Source of the DNA: Solirubrobacterales bacterium
GTDB taxonomy: Bacteria > Actinomycetota > Thermoleophilia > Solirubrobacterales > 70-9
Assembly: GCA_044867925.1 (NCBI GenBank)
Contig: JBIOVV010000008.1
Location: 57,252 to 121,251, forward strand
Length of the DNA stretch: 64,000 nucleotides
Direction of reading: 5' to 3'
Shown: in pieces, positions 7,093 to 15,851 of the stretch
Numbering within the stretch: position 1 is the stretch's first letter
How the letters are laid out: each line of letters starts with the position of its first letter
Translations under genes and position numbers: made by a program
The notes under the pieces: generated by a model
Told to the model about the DNA's origin: nothing
Databases searched by the model: none
Seen by the model: only the letters and a program-made list of their open reading frames with translations

Positions 7093-9249
7093 GTGACCCC
7101 CTCCTTCGGCTCCTACATCGGCGGCTGCCTGGCCGTCATCGGCATCGTCAGCGCGCTCGGCCTCGGCGGCTACTGGCTGCGCCGCTGGATCGTGCCGGAA
7201 TTCTCCGGCGCGCTGGCGCGCCTCGCCGACGCCACGATCGCCGCCGGCCTGCTGGTGCTCTCGCTGGAGCTGCTCGGCACGCTGAGCCTCCTCTACACGG
7301 GCTGGATCGTCGTCGTCTGCATCGCCGTCGGCCTCCTGGCCGCCTGGCTCGGCTGGTCGAAAGCGCCGGCCGAGAACCGGGAAATCAGCGCGCCGCAGGT
7401 GCAGAACGTCGCCCTCCTGATCGCCCTCGCGGTCGCCTCCTTCACCGTCGCCGAGTGGACCTTCCCCTCGCAGCTGAGCCTCGACCAGGGCATGTTCGGC
7501 GGCGACACCACCTGGTACCACATGCCCTTCGCGGCGCGGTTCGCGCAGGAACACTCGATCGTCCACCTGCACTTCACCGACCCGCTGCGGCTCGCCGCCT
7601 GGTTCTACCCGCAGAGCTCGGAGCTGGTCCACGGCGCCGCGATCGCGATCTTCAAGAGCGACTGGCTCTCGCCGCTGATCAACCTCTTCTGGCTGGCGAT
7701 CGCGCTGCTCGCGGCCTTCTGCGTCGGCCGTCCCTACAAGGTCGGCCCGGCGACGCTGGTCGCGGGGGCGATCGTGCTCGACGCCGGGGTGATGATCGAG
7801 ACCCAGCCGGGCGAGGGCCGCAACGACATCATGGGGCTGGCCTTCCTGCTCGCCTTCGTTGCCTTCCTGATCAACGCTCACCAGCGCCGGGCGCCGGCCG
7901 AGGGGGCGGTGCAGGACGCGCCCGAGCAGGGGGCGCCGCTGCTCGACAAGGGACCGCTGGTGATCGCCGGCATCGCCGCCGGGCTCGCCGCCTCGGTCAA
8001 GCTCACCTTCCTGATCCCGGTCGTCGCGATCGGGCTCGGCGTGATCGTCTTCAGCGGCCGCGGAAGACGGCTGACGACGGCCTGGGTGCTGGGGCTCTCC
8101 ACCTTCCTGGTCGGCGGCTACTGGTACGTGCGGGCGGCGATCAAGAGCGGCGGCAACCCGATCCCGCAGGTCGGCTTCGGGCCGCTGCACCTGCCGACGC
8201 CCGACCAGATGCCGCTCGATCCGCGGCCGCGCTTCGCCGTCGCCCACTACCTGACCGAGCCGACGATCTACCGCAAGTGGTTCTTCCCCCAGCTCGACAA
8301 CGCCTTCGGGCCGCTCTGGCCGCTGATCCTGATCATCGCCGTGGCGGCGGCGGTCTACATCGCCTGGCGCTCGCGCAACATCATCCTGCGGGTCGTCGCC
8401 GTGGCGGCCCTGGCGACCGCCGTCGTCTACGTCTTCACGCCGCTGACCGCGGCCGGGCAGGAGGGCTCGCCGACCGGGTTCTTCACCAATACCCGCTACC
8501 TGGTGCCGGGCCTGGTCCTGGCGATGGTGCTGGTGCCGATCGCGCGACCGCTGCGCGCCCCCGACCGGCGCGCCTGGCAGACGCTGCTCTTCCTCACCGC
8601 TATCTACGCGATCACGGTGCTGACCACGCCGCGCTGGTACCCGGGCTTCATCGTCGGCACCGTCTTCCTCACCCTGGCCCTGGTCTGGGCTCCGGCCGGT
8701 CTCGGGATGGCGCGCTCGCGGCGCTTGATGAGCCGGATGGCGGTCTTCGCGGCGGGGGGCGCGGTGCTGCTGCTTGCCGTCGTGCTCGGGCGCGCCCAGG
8801 AGGTTCAGTACTACAAGCACCACTACACGCGCACGACTCTCTTCCTTCAGGACGGCGGCCCGCGCGAGGCCTTCGCCTTCGCCCACAACCAGCACGACAA
8901 GCGGATCGGCATCGCCGGCTCGGGTGAGATCTTCTTCGGCCAGTACGGCTTCTACGGCGCCAACCTCGACAACGACGTCCAGTACATCGGCGTGCGCGGG
9001 CCGGACGGCACCTATCGCCTGGCGACGACCTGCCCCCAGTTCCGCCGCCAGATCAACGCCGGCGATTACGACTACCTGATCCTCAGCCAGTTCACGCAGG
9101 ACGCTTCCGACTCGCCCTACTGGGAGCCGATCTACGCCTGGGTCAAAGAAGACCCGGCGCTGGAAGAGCTGATCGAAGAGCCCGAAGTCACGCCGCAGGC
9201 CGACTGGGTCTTCCGGGTCAAAGGCAAGCTCGACCCGGCCGGCTGCTAA
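7093..9249 (+). CDS. Large polytopic membrane protein, possible GT-C-fold glycosyltransferase
   Basis: 718 aa with at least 12 predicted TM helices and a soluble C-terminal domain of about 150 aa. The first-loop acidic motif GGDTTWYHMPF resembles GT-C loop motifs. The functional call is weak. Confidence 0.6.
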   Translation: MTPSFGSYIGGCLAVIGIVSALGLGGYWLRRWIVPEFSGALARLADATIAAGLLVLSLELLGTLSLLYTGWIVVVCIAVGLLAAWLGWSKAPAENREISAPQVQNVALLIALAVASFTVAEWTFPSQLSLDQGMFGGDTTWYHMPFAARFAQEHSIVHLHFTDPLRLAAWFYPQSSELVHGAAIAIFKSDWLSPLINLFWLAIALLAAFCVGRPYKVGPATLVAGAIVLDAGVMIETQPGEGRNDIMGLAFLLAFVAFLINAHQRRAPAEGAVQDAPEQGAPLLDKGPLVIAGIAAGLAASVKLTFLIPVVAIGLGVIVFSGRGRRLTTAWVLGLSTFLVGGYWYVRAAIKSGGNPIPQVGFGPLHLPTPDQMPLDPRPRFAVAHYLTEPTIYRKWFFPQLDNAFGPLWPLILIIAVAAAVYIAWRSRNIILRVVAVAALATAVVYVFTPLTAAGQEGSPTGFFTNTRYLVPGLVLAMVLVPIARPLRAPDRRAWQTLLFLTAIYAITVLTTPRWYPGFIVGTVFLTLALVWAPAGLGMARSRRLMSRMAVFAAGGAVLLLAVVLGRAQEVQYYKHHYTRTTLFLQDGGPREAFAFAHNQHDKRIGIAGSGEIFFGQYGFYGANLDNDVQYIGVRGPDGTYRLATTCPQFRRQINAGDYDYLILSQFTQDASDSPYWEPIYAWVKEDPALEELIEEPEVTPQADWVFRVKGKLDPAGC

Positions 9250-9701
9250 GTCGCGTCGCTCTCCATGAAGCGCTTCAGCTTCTCGGGCATGGTCTCGACC
9301 AGCTGGCCGCGAAGCACGCCGACCAAGGGGCCGCGGATCAGCAGCCCCAGCTTCCTGCCGAGGTCGACCTCGAGCCGGTAGGTCGCCCGAGTCCGCCCGT
9401 CGCCGAGGTCCTCGAGCTCCCAGCTGCCTTCGACCGACTTCAGGTCGCCGTCCTCCTGCACCCATGCGATCCGGCTCGGCTCCTCATAGCTGAAGCGGAG
9501 CTCCGAGCCGATCCGGCGCACCTTGGCATCGGTCTCCATGTGGTTCAGCACCTGGTTCCCCTCGCCGTCGCGCTCGCGGCATTCGGCGACCTTGATCTCG
9601 GGCTGCCAGCGAGGTGAGCCCTCGACGTCGGCGGCGACCGCGTAGACCGCGGCGATCGGGGCCTCGATCTCGGTGCCGGCTGAGCCGGTGATCTTGCCCA
9701 T
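9246..9701 (-). CDS. SRPBCC (START/polyketide cyclase-like) family protein
   Basis: 151 aa. IEAPIAAVYAVAADVEGSPRWQPEI...W.LEDLGDGRTRATYRLEVD is the typical SRPBCC pattern. Confidence 0.8.
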   Translation of the reverse strand: MGKITGSAGTEIEAPIAAVYAVAADVEGSPRWQPEIKVAECRERDGEGNQVLNHMETDAKVRRIGSELRFSYEEPSRIAWVQEDGDLKSVEGSWELEDLGDGRTRATYRLEVDLGRKLGLLIRGPLVGVLRGQLVETMPEKLKRFMESDAT

Positions 9702-9710
9702 CAGCTCAGC

Positions 9711-10514
9711 TCAGGCCGGGGTCAGGGCGTGCTCGCGGATCAGCTCTGCCGAGCGCTGCGGCTGCTCCCACCAGAACATGTGGCCGACGCCCTCGAGCGT
9801 CTCGAGGCGGGCGCCGGGGATCAGCGCCGCGATTTCGCGACCGTTGGAGTAGTCGAGCAGCCGGTCGCTGTCGCCGTGGAGGACCAGCGTCGGGATCTCG
9901 ATCTGGCCCAGTCGCTCATGGGTGTCGTGGGCGCCGCAGGCGCGCATCTGCTGCAGGACCACCGGCTGCGGCGCCGGCAGCCCCGACCCCATCTCGGCGA
10001 AGGCGGCAAAGCGCGAGTCGTCGGCGCGAAACTCGGCAGAGAGGTTGATCTCCCACATCGCCCGGAAGACCCGCTCGTGCTCGCCGGAGACGAATGCTTC
10101 GCCGAGCATCTGCAGGTCCTCGGGCGACATCAGCGTGCCCTCCGGCCCGCCGCAGTAGCTGGCGCCGATGGTCAGGGTGCGGATGCGCTCCGGCTGGGCG
10201 AGGGCCAGCTCCTGGGCGACCATCCCGCCCATCGAGATGCCGACGACGTGGACTGTCTCGAGCCCCAGCGCGTCGAGCAGGCCTGTCGTGTCGGCGGCGA
10301 GGTCGGCGATCGTGAAGGGCAGCTCGGCCCTCGCCGAGAGTCCCATGCCGCGGTGGTCGAAGACGATCGTGTCGAAGCTGCGCTCGAGCTCGTCGAGGAA
10401 GGGCCGCCCCCAGGCGAGATGCGTGGCGCTCATCCCCTGGATCAGCAGCATCGGCTCACCCTCGCCGGCACGCAGGTAGTGCAGCTCGGTCCCCGATGCA
10501 TCGACACTCGGCAT
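9711..10514 (-). CDS. Alpha/beta hydrolase fold protein
   Basis: Nucleophile elbow VVGISMGG, an HG-like LIQGMSA oxyanion region, and a C-terminal GHMFWWE containing the catalytic His. Confidence 0.88.
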   Translation of the reverse strand: MPSVDASGTELHYLRAGEGEPMLLIQGMSATHLAWGRPFLDELERSFDTIVFDHRGMGLSARAELPFTIADLAADTTGLLDALGLETVHVVGISMGGMVAQELALAQPERIRTLTIGASYCGGPEGTLMSPEDLQMLGEAFVSGEHERVFRAMWEINLSAEFRADDSRFAAFAEMGSGLPAPQPVVLQQMRACGAHDTHERLGQIEIPTLVLHGDSDRLLDYSNGREIAALIPGARLETLEGVGHMFWWEQPQRSAELIREHALTPA

Positions 10515-10566
10515 GCCCGTCGATCCTACGCCAACCTGCCTGGACAGGGCCTAATCTTGCCCTGCT

Positions 10567-10639
10567 GCCCCAGTAGCTCAGTGGACAGAGCACCGGCCTT
10601 CTAAGCCGATGGTCGCTGGTTCGAATCCAGCCTGGGGCG
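10567..10639 (+). tRNA. tRNA-Arg (anticodon TCT)
   Basis: Manual cloverleaf: acceptor GCCCCAG/CTGGGGC, D arm GCTC-AGTGGACA-GAGC, anticodon loop CTTCTAA, T arm GCTGG-TTCGAAT-CCAGC, discriminator G. Confidence 0.9.
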
Positions 10640-10660
10640 CTTTGTCGTGCCGGCTGGTTC

Positions 10661-11701
10661 CTAGGTCGTGCCGCAGATCGATCTGACCTGAAGGCGAGCC
10701 TTGCGTAGCTTGCGCTTCTTCTTTGCGGCACGGCGGTGGAGGCGGGCGCGAGCTGCCCCATGGGCCTGCCGGGCGTGACGGGCGAGGCGCTTGTATTGCC
10801 TTCTCAGCGAGTGCGCGCGGCGCTCCGCCAGTACGCAGGGGGAGGGAGGCAGGGCCTTCGGTTTGGCCACCAGGGCCCGGAGCGAGGCGCTGGACACGCC
10901 CTGGTAGGTGCCGTCCGCCGGGTGGGAGACGACGAAGCCGGCCCTGGTCCCCCACGCGGTTTCGGGAAGTGCGAGCTGGAAGCCGACGACGCCGCCGCTG
11001 CTCGTCGCGGCATAGCTTGCGCTGCCGCCGCGAGGCCAGGTGACTGCCAGATTGAACGCCAGTCCATCGGGGGCCGGCAGGCCGTTGGCCAGGTTGACGG
11101 TTGCGTAGAGAATGCCGTTGGCGCTGACGCGTTTCACCGGTTTGGCCGCCACGCCGAGGTAGTGGAGGGGAGGCTGGACGGTGAAGTCGTAGGGGAAGGT
11201 TTCGTATTCCCCCGAGTTGGTTCGGGTGGCTTCGGTGAAGAACTGGAGGTAGGACGCGTTGGCGTCGGTGGCTTGCACGGTAATCGCCGTTCGTGCGGTG
11301 CCGCTTCCCGACAGCATGTAGACGGTGCCCCCGCCACTTTCGCATTCGTATTCGGTGATTTCGTCGAAGACCGTTCCCCAGTTGAAGTCGTCGATTCCCT
11401 GGGAAAAGGTCATGCAGACAGGGAAGTCACCGGGATGTTTGGTGAGTGGCACGCTGTGCCAGTCGACGTAGATCACGTCGCGCGTGGTCAGCGGTGGCAG
11501 GTGCCAAAGCGACACCTGCATTGCGCCGTCGAAGTTGGCTTCGTCACGCCGGTTGGTAAGCGAAGCGGTGTAGTGCTGACCGGGGACGATCGAAGGCGCT
11601 TCGCTCGGCTTGCGCCCGCCTCCCTCGAGGGCGAGGGCCGGGGGGACGATTCCCAGCATGGCAATCGAGATCGCCGCCGCCACGACGGTGAATTTCCTCA
11701 T
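10661..11701 (-). CDS. Secreted hypothetical protein with a polybasic C-terminal tail
   Basis: Signal peptide MRKFTVVAAAISIAMLGIVPPALA. The body is beta-rich. The tail is PCVLAERRAHSLRRQYKRLARHARQ...KKKRKLRKARLQVRSIC. Confidence 0.7.
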   Translation of the reverse strand: MRKFTVVAAAISIAMLGIVPPALALEGGGRKPSEAPSIVPGQHYTASLTNRRDEANFDGAMQVSLWHLPPLTTRDVIYVDWHSVPLTKHPGDFPVCMTFSQGIDDFNWGTVFDEITEYECESGGGTVYMLSGSGTARTAITVQATDANASYLQFFTEATRTNSGEYETFPYDFTVQPPLHYLGVAAKPVKRVSANGILYATVNLANGLPAPDGLAFNLAVTWPRGGSASYAATSSGGVVGFQLALPETAWGTRAGFVVSHPADGTYQGVSSASLRALVAKPKALPPSPCVLAERRAHSLRRQYKRLARHARQAHGAARARLHRRAAKKKRKLRKARLQVRSICGTT

Positions 11702-11923
11702 CGAACAGGGCCTCCGCTTTCGCTTGAACTGAATTCCTTTTCCTGAGCACTCAAGAGCGTCAGCATATATTGCGACCCGGCATTTCCCCGGGTAGGAAAA
11801 TCAGTCCCTCCCCGGTCAGCGGGCGCCGCTCCCGATCGGTCATGGTCGACCGGCCCCGGCCGGCGCCACCAAGCTGCAGCCCCTGGAGCGGGGCCCCGGC
11901 CAGGGGGTCGCTACATTTGCCCC

Positions 11924-12772
11924 GTGGCCGAGGTTCTCTACTACGCGATTCCCGCCTTCGTGCTGCTGATGGTTGTCGAGCTGGTCTCGTTCAAGTACGC
12001 GCGGGACGAGGAGCTGGTCGGCTACGAGGCGCGCGATACGCGGACCAGCCTGGCGATGGGCGGCGGCAACGTCGCGATCAACGCGGTCTGGAAGCTGGTC
12101 GTCGTCGTCGCCTACGCCGGCCTCTACGAGCTGACGCCGCTGCGGATGCCGGCCGACGAGTGGTGGACCTACGTGCTGCTCTTCTTCGCCGACGACCTCG
12201 CCTACTACTGGTTCCACCGCGTCCACCACGAGATGCGGGTCTTCTGGGCGAGCCACGTCGTCCACCACTCCTCCCAGCACTACAACCTCTCGACCGCGCT
12301 GCGGCAGACCTGGACCCCGATGACTGCGCTGCCCTTCTGGGCGCCGCTGGCGCTGCTCGGCTTCGCCCCCTGGATGATCCTCACCCAGCTGGCGATCTCG
12401 CTGATCTACCAGTTCTGGATCCACACCGAGCGGGTCAGGAAGCTGCCGGGGCCGATCGAGCTCGTCTTCAACACGCCCTCGCACCATCGCGTCCACCACG
12501 GCGCCAACGAGGTCTACCTCGATCGCAACTACGGCGGCATCCTGATCGTCTGGGACCGCATCTTCGGCACCTTCCAGGGCGAGACCGAGCGACCGCGCTA
12601 CGGCCTCACCGAGAACATCCGCAGCTTCCGCCCGACCCGGGTCGCCTTCCACGAGTTCGCCGACCTGGCGCGCGACGTGCGAAGAGCGAAAAGCTGGCGC
12701 GAGCGCCTCGGCTACGTCTTTCGCGGGCCGGGGTGGTCGCCGGACGGCAGTGGCGGTGGCACCCGCGGCTGA
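11924..12772 (+). CDS. Fatty acid hydroxylase / sterol desaturase family membrane protein
   Basis: Histidine boxes HRVHHE, HVVHHSSQH and HHRVHHG, with about 4 TM helices. Confidence 0.85.
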   Translation: MAEVLYYAIPAFVLLMVVELVSFKYARDEELVGYEARDTRTSLAMGGGNVAINAVWKLVVVVAYAGLYELTPLRMPADEWWTYVLLFFADDLAYYWFHRVHHEMRVFWASHVVHHSSQHYNLSTALRQTWTPMTALPFWAPLALLGFAPWMILTQLAISLIYQFWIHTERVRKLPGPIELVFNTPSHHRVHHGANEVYLDRNYGGILIVWDRIFGTFQGETERPRYGLTENIRSFRPTRVAFHEFADLARDVRRAKSWRERLGYVFRGPGWSPDGSGGGTRG

Positions 12773-12812
12773 GTTGGTTTGGCGCGCTTGACCGTCGGGT
12801 ACCTCCGGCGGC

Positions 12813-12950
12813 ATGGAGCTATCAATACTGTTGATCATCATCGGGATCGTCTTGGCGATCCTCGTCAATTACATCCTGGGCATCATCGTCATCCTGATCG
12901 GGCTGGCGATGCTCTTGCTTCCCAGGCTGAGCGGCACGCGCCGGGCGTAG
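12813..12950 (+). CDS. Candidate 45-aa hydrophobic peptide (not in the ORF track)
   Basis: ATG 12813 to TAG 12948-12950 encodes MELSILLIIIGIVLAILVNYILGIIVILIGLAMLLLPRLSGTRRA. It lies in an otherwise empty 245-bp gap. There is no strong SD. Confidence 0.3.
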   Translation: MELSILLIIIGIVLAILVNYILGIIVILIGLAMLLLPRLSGTRRA

Positions 12951-13017
12951 GCCCGGGCGGCGGAGGGGACTCTCCGTCGCGGCGCCGACGCTGGACGGCG
13001 CGTGCCAAGCTTGAGCG

Positions 13018-13620
13018 ATGGCGCCTTGGAAGCTTCCCCTCATAGTTGCCGGGGTGGTGGTGCCAATCGTCGCGGCCTTCATGCTCGGCGGACCGGGCGT
13101 GGGGTTCGCGGTCGGCGCGCTGGCGGCGGTGACGATCCTCACCGTCGCCGCGCGTCAGCGCCCCGAAGGGCCGATCGGAGCAGAAGAGAAGACCGGCAAG
13201 CGCCACGTGCTGATCGTGGCGGCGGGGGATGTGGAGGACCCGGCCGACGTGGCCCGAATCACAGGAGCCGCTGGGCTCGGCGACCAGGCTGAGGGGGTGG
13301 ACGTGCGGGTCCTGGTCCCGGCGCGGATCGGCTTCTTCGACCGCTGGGCGTCCGACGTGGAGGGCGCGCGGCACCGCGCGCAGCAGCGCTTGGTCGTAAC
13401 CGTGGCGGCGCTGGCCAAGGCCGGCGTCGCGGCCGAGGCCCGGGTCGGCGACGAGGACATCGTGCAGGCGGTCGAGGATCAGTTGCAGAGCTATCCGGCG
13501 ACCGAGGTGGTGCTCGTCAGCGCAAGCGGGGACGGCGAGGACGAGGCGGCGGAGAAACTGCGCTCGAGGCTGCGGGCCGAGTTCCACCGGGTACGGATCG
13601 GCGACGCTCAGCAGGCGTGA
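13018..13620 (+). CDS. Membrane-anchored hypothetical protein, possibly a USP-like alpha/beta domain
   Basis: The N-terminal TM region is LPLIVAGVVVPIVAAFMLGG...AVGALAAVTILTV. The soluble domain has an alternating pattern (HVLIVAAGD...VRVLVPA...VVLVSASG) reminiscent of universal stress proteins. The resemblance is weak. Confidence 0.55.
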   Translation: MAPWKLPLIVAGVVVPIVAAFMLGGPGVGFAVGALAAVTILTVAARQRPEGPIGAEEKTGKRHVLIVAAGDVEDPADVARITGAAGLGDQAEGVDVRVLVPARIGFFDRWASDVEGARHRAQQRLVVTVAALAKAGVAAEARVGDEDIVQAVEDQLQSYPATEVVLVSASGDGEDEAAEKLRSRLRAEFHRVRIGDAQQA

Positions 13621-14600
13621 GGGCGGGCGGCGCTCTTGATGACCTGGAAGGCGCCGCCGGGGATCCGCTTCAGCTGGTCGAGGCTCTCGTCGTCCCAGCG
13701 CCGGTCGCTGCTGCCGCTGAAGAACCAGTTGGAGCCGTTGTCGGCGACGATCATCCCGTAGCGCTTCAGCGCTTCGGCGATCACCCTGGCGGCGCCGCTG
13801 AAGCCGCCGAGGCCGTAGCCGGCCTTGAGCCGGAGGCGCGTCCCCATCGCCGGTGCGTGCGGGTCCGACGTGTCGCCGGCGCAGTGCGAGGCGGGATGGA
13901 CCCAGGCGTTGCGAGTGCTGTCGAAGGTGACCCGGATCGCGTGCTCGAGATGCCCGGCCGCGACCTCGTCGTAGCGGACCAGCCCGGGGAAGATCGGCAG
14001 CCCGGCAGCGTCGGCGGAGGTCCACGAGTCGGGGCGGCGGGCGCCCGAGCGCAGGTCCCAGCGCGTGCCCGAGTCGGCGTTCCAGCGGGCGCCGCCAGCG
14101 CCCTCGAAGAAGGCGCGGTAGAGCTCGTAGAGGGTGCAGCTGGAGCGGTCGACGGCGAGCACGTGGCGATCGCCGTCGCTGCCGTTGCCGCCCTCGACGG
14201 GTGCGTTCTTGGGAATCGGAAAGGGCCCGGGGTCGCTCTCGTCGCCGTAGGCGGTGTAGCGGATCGGCAGCTTGCGCTGAGCGGCGCTGACGACGGCATA
14301 GGGGAAGCCGTATTCCCGCGGTGAGCCGAAGTCGGGGTGGAGCAGGTTGCCGCCGTGGGCGTTGATGTAGGCGATCGTGGCCGCCGAGTTGCGCGCGACC
14401 GGCGCCTTGGAGATGTCCTGGTTCCAGGCGGCCTCCGTGGGGAGGGAGGGGGCGTTGGCAGGGGTGCCGGGCGGTGGGTCAGGGAAGACCGGGCAACCGC
14501 CGAGGCCGGGGTAGGGGCCGACGGCGCCGGCCGTGGTGACGCCAGTCGCCGCCAAGACGGCGAGGCTGAGCAGCACCAGTGAGGCGACGAGCGGGCGCAT
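13608..14600 (-). CDS. Secreted hypothetical protein
   Basis: I chose the internal ATG at 14600, which gives the signal peptide MRPLVASLVLLSLAVLAATGVTTAGA. The 330-aa body has conserved-looking blocks (TSADAAGLPIFPGLVRYDEV, HAIRVTF) but no catalytic motif I can name. Confidence 0.7.
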   Translation of the reverse strand: MRPLVASLVLLSLAVLAATGVTTAGAVGPYPGLGGCPVFPDPPPGTPANAPSLPTEAAWNQDISKAPVARNSAATIAYINAHGGNLLHPDFGSPREYGFPYAVVSAAQRKLPIRYTAYGDESDPGPFPIPKNAPVEGGNGSDGDRHVLAVDRSSCTLYELYRAFFEGAGGARWNADSGTRWDLRSGARRPDSWTSADAAGLPIFPGLVRYDEVAAGHLEHAIRVTFDSTRNAWVHPASHCAGDTSDPHAPAMGTRLRLKAGYGLGGFSGAARVIAEALKRYGMIVADNGSNWFFSGSSDRRWDDESLDQLKRIPGGAFQVIKSAARPHAC

Positions 14601-14785
14601 CCGACATTGACCCACCTCTGGTGTGGTCAAAGTCGGCTGCGCGCTCCGTTCGCATCTGTGCGTTCGTGGATGTCGAGCCGGTCGATCTCCATCTCGTCGA
14701 CCTTGAGCTTGCCGGGCCGCAAGAAGGGGATTTCGCATCGCTGCGGCATCGCCGCAAACCGTAGCGCGGCTAGCCTGGGGCGCTG

Positions 14786-15508
14786 ATGAGTGCGGACGAC
14801 CGACCGATCCTGCTGGCGATCCAGCACGTGCCGTGGGAGGGGCCGCATCGCATCCTCGAGGCCTGTGGCGGGCTCGACGTCCGCACGGTCAAACCGCTCG
14901 CCGGCCAGCCGCTGCCCGCCCACGACGCGGTCGCCGGCGCGGTCGTGATGGGCGGCCCGATGAACGTGGACGACGACCGCCATCCCGAGCTGGCGACCGA
15001 GCGCGAGTGGCTGGCGGAGGCGATTGGCCGCGAGCTTCCGGTGCTGGGGATCTGCCTGGGCGCCCAGCTCTTGGCCCGCGCCCTTGGGAGCGAGGTGAGA
15101 CCGGGCGAGCGTCCAGAGCTCGGCTATGCGCCGGTCGAGATCCTCGACCCCGGCGACCCGATCCTCGGCGCGCTCGCTCCCAGCACGACCGTCCTGCACT
15201 GGCACGGCGACGTCTTCGATCTCCCCGACGGCGCCGTTCACCTGGCCCGCTCGACCCAAACCGAGATCCAGGCCTTCCGCCGCGGCAGCGCCTGGGGCGT
15301 CCTCTTCCACCCGGAGTCCGACTTCGCCCTGCTCGAGGCCTGGCTGGCCGTCCCCGAGATGGTCCACGACGCGTGCCGGGCGCTGGGAGACGATGGCGCT
15401 GCCGCCCTGCCGCCGCAAGCCGAAGCCGCCGAGGCGGACCTGCTCGCCCGCACGACCCCCGGCCTGGAGGCCTTCGCCTCCCTGGTCGAATCCCGCCACT
15501 CCCGCTAA
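14786..15508 (+). CDS. Class I glutamine amidotransferase-like protein
   Basis: Nucleophile elbow VLGICLGAQLL and a later HWHGD...FHPE (His/Glu) pattern. Confidence 0.85.
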   Translation: MSADDRPILLAIQHVPWEGPHRILEACGGLDVRTVKPLAGQPLPAHDAVAGAVVMGGPMNVDDDRHPELATEREWLAEAIGRELPVLGICLGAQLLARALGSEVRPGERPELGYAPVEILDPGDPILGALAPSTTVLHWHGDVFDLPDGAVHLARSTQTEIQAFRRGSAWGVLFHPESDFALLEAWLAVPEMVHDACRALGDDGAAALPPQAEAAEADLLARTTPGLEAFASLVESRHSR

Positions 15509-15550
15509 GCGCCTCGCCCCGCCCGCCGGCCCGCTAGATTGAAGCCACGC

Positions 15551-15624
15551 GGTGGACGTAGCTCAGTTGGTAGAGCTCCTGGTTGTGGTCCAGGCGGTCG
15601 CCGGTTCGAATCCGGTCGTCCACC
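15551..15624 (+). tRNA. tRNA-His (anticodon GTG)
   Basis: Manual cloverleaf with an encoded G-1 paired to discriminator C: acceptor GTGGACG/CGTCCAC, D arm GCTC-AGTTGGTA-GAGC, anticodon loop TTGTGGT, T arm GCCGG-TTCGAAT-CCGGT. Confidence 0.92.
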
Positions 15625-15851
15625 CTTTCGGCGCCGGAGTGGTAGAGCCCAAGCCTCGGCAGGGCGACGTCTACTGAGCGGATCCCGAACCGGCTCGAGG
15701 CTCTCGAGGAGCTGCTCAAGCGCTGTCGGGTGCTCCTTCGCTAGCACGGCTGACTCACTTTCCGGAGAGCCGGCAGCCTCATCGCCGCATTGACCCCCAC
15801 GCGTAGCCATTCCCGGCGCTGTTCCGTATCAGCCCGGTATCGGGCGACGAG

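Noticed and set aside
6682-9465. 927-aa ORF on the minus strand, the longest in this region of the ORF track
   Set aside because: It is antisense to the well-supported 718-aa membrane protein and to msrA. Its translation is Arg/Gly/Pro/Asp low-complexity with no motifs. This is a typical shadow ORF of high-GC DNA.
12241-12270. 10-nt match (GTCGTCCACC) to the tRNA-His 3' end, considered as an att repeat
   Set aside because: It is too short. It lies upstream of the tRNA inside the histidine-box codons (HVVHH) of the desaturase-family gene.
15625-15700. tRNA-like fragment (GGAGTGGTAGAGC) just after tRNA-His, considered as a second tRNA or an att remnant
   Set aside because: No acceptor stem, anticodon arm or T-loop (GTTCGAATC-type) can be folded. 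It does not repeat the 3' end of tRNA-His.
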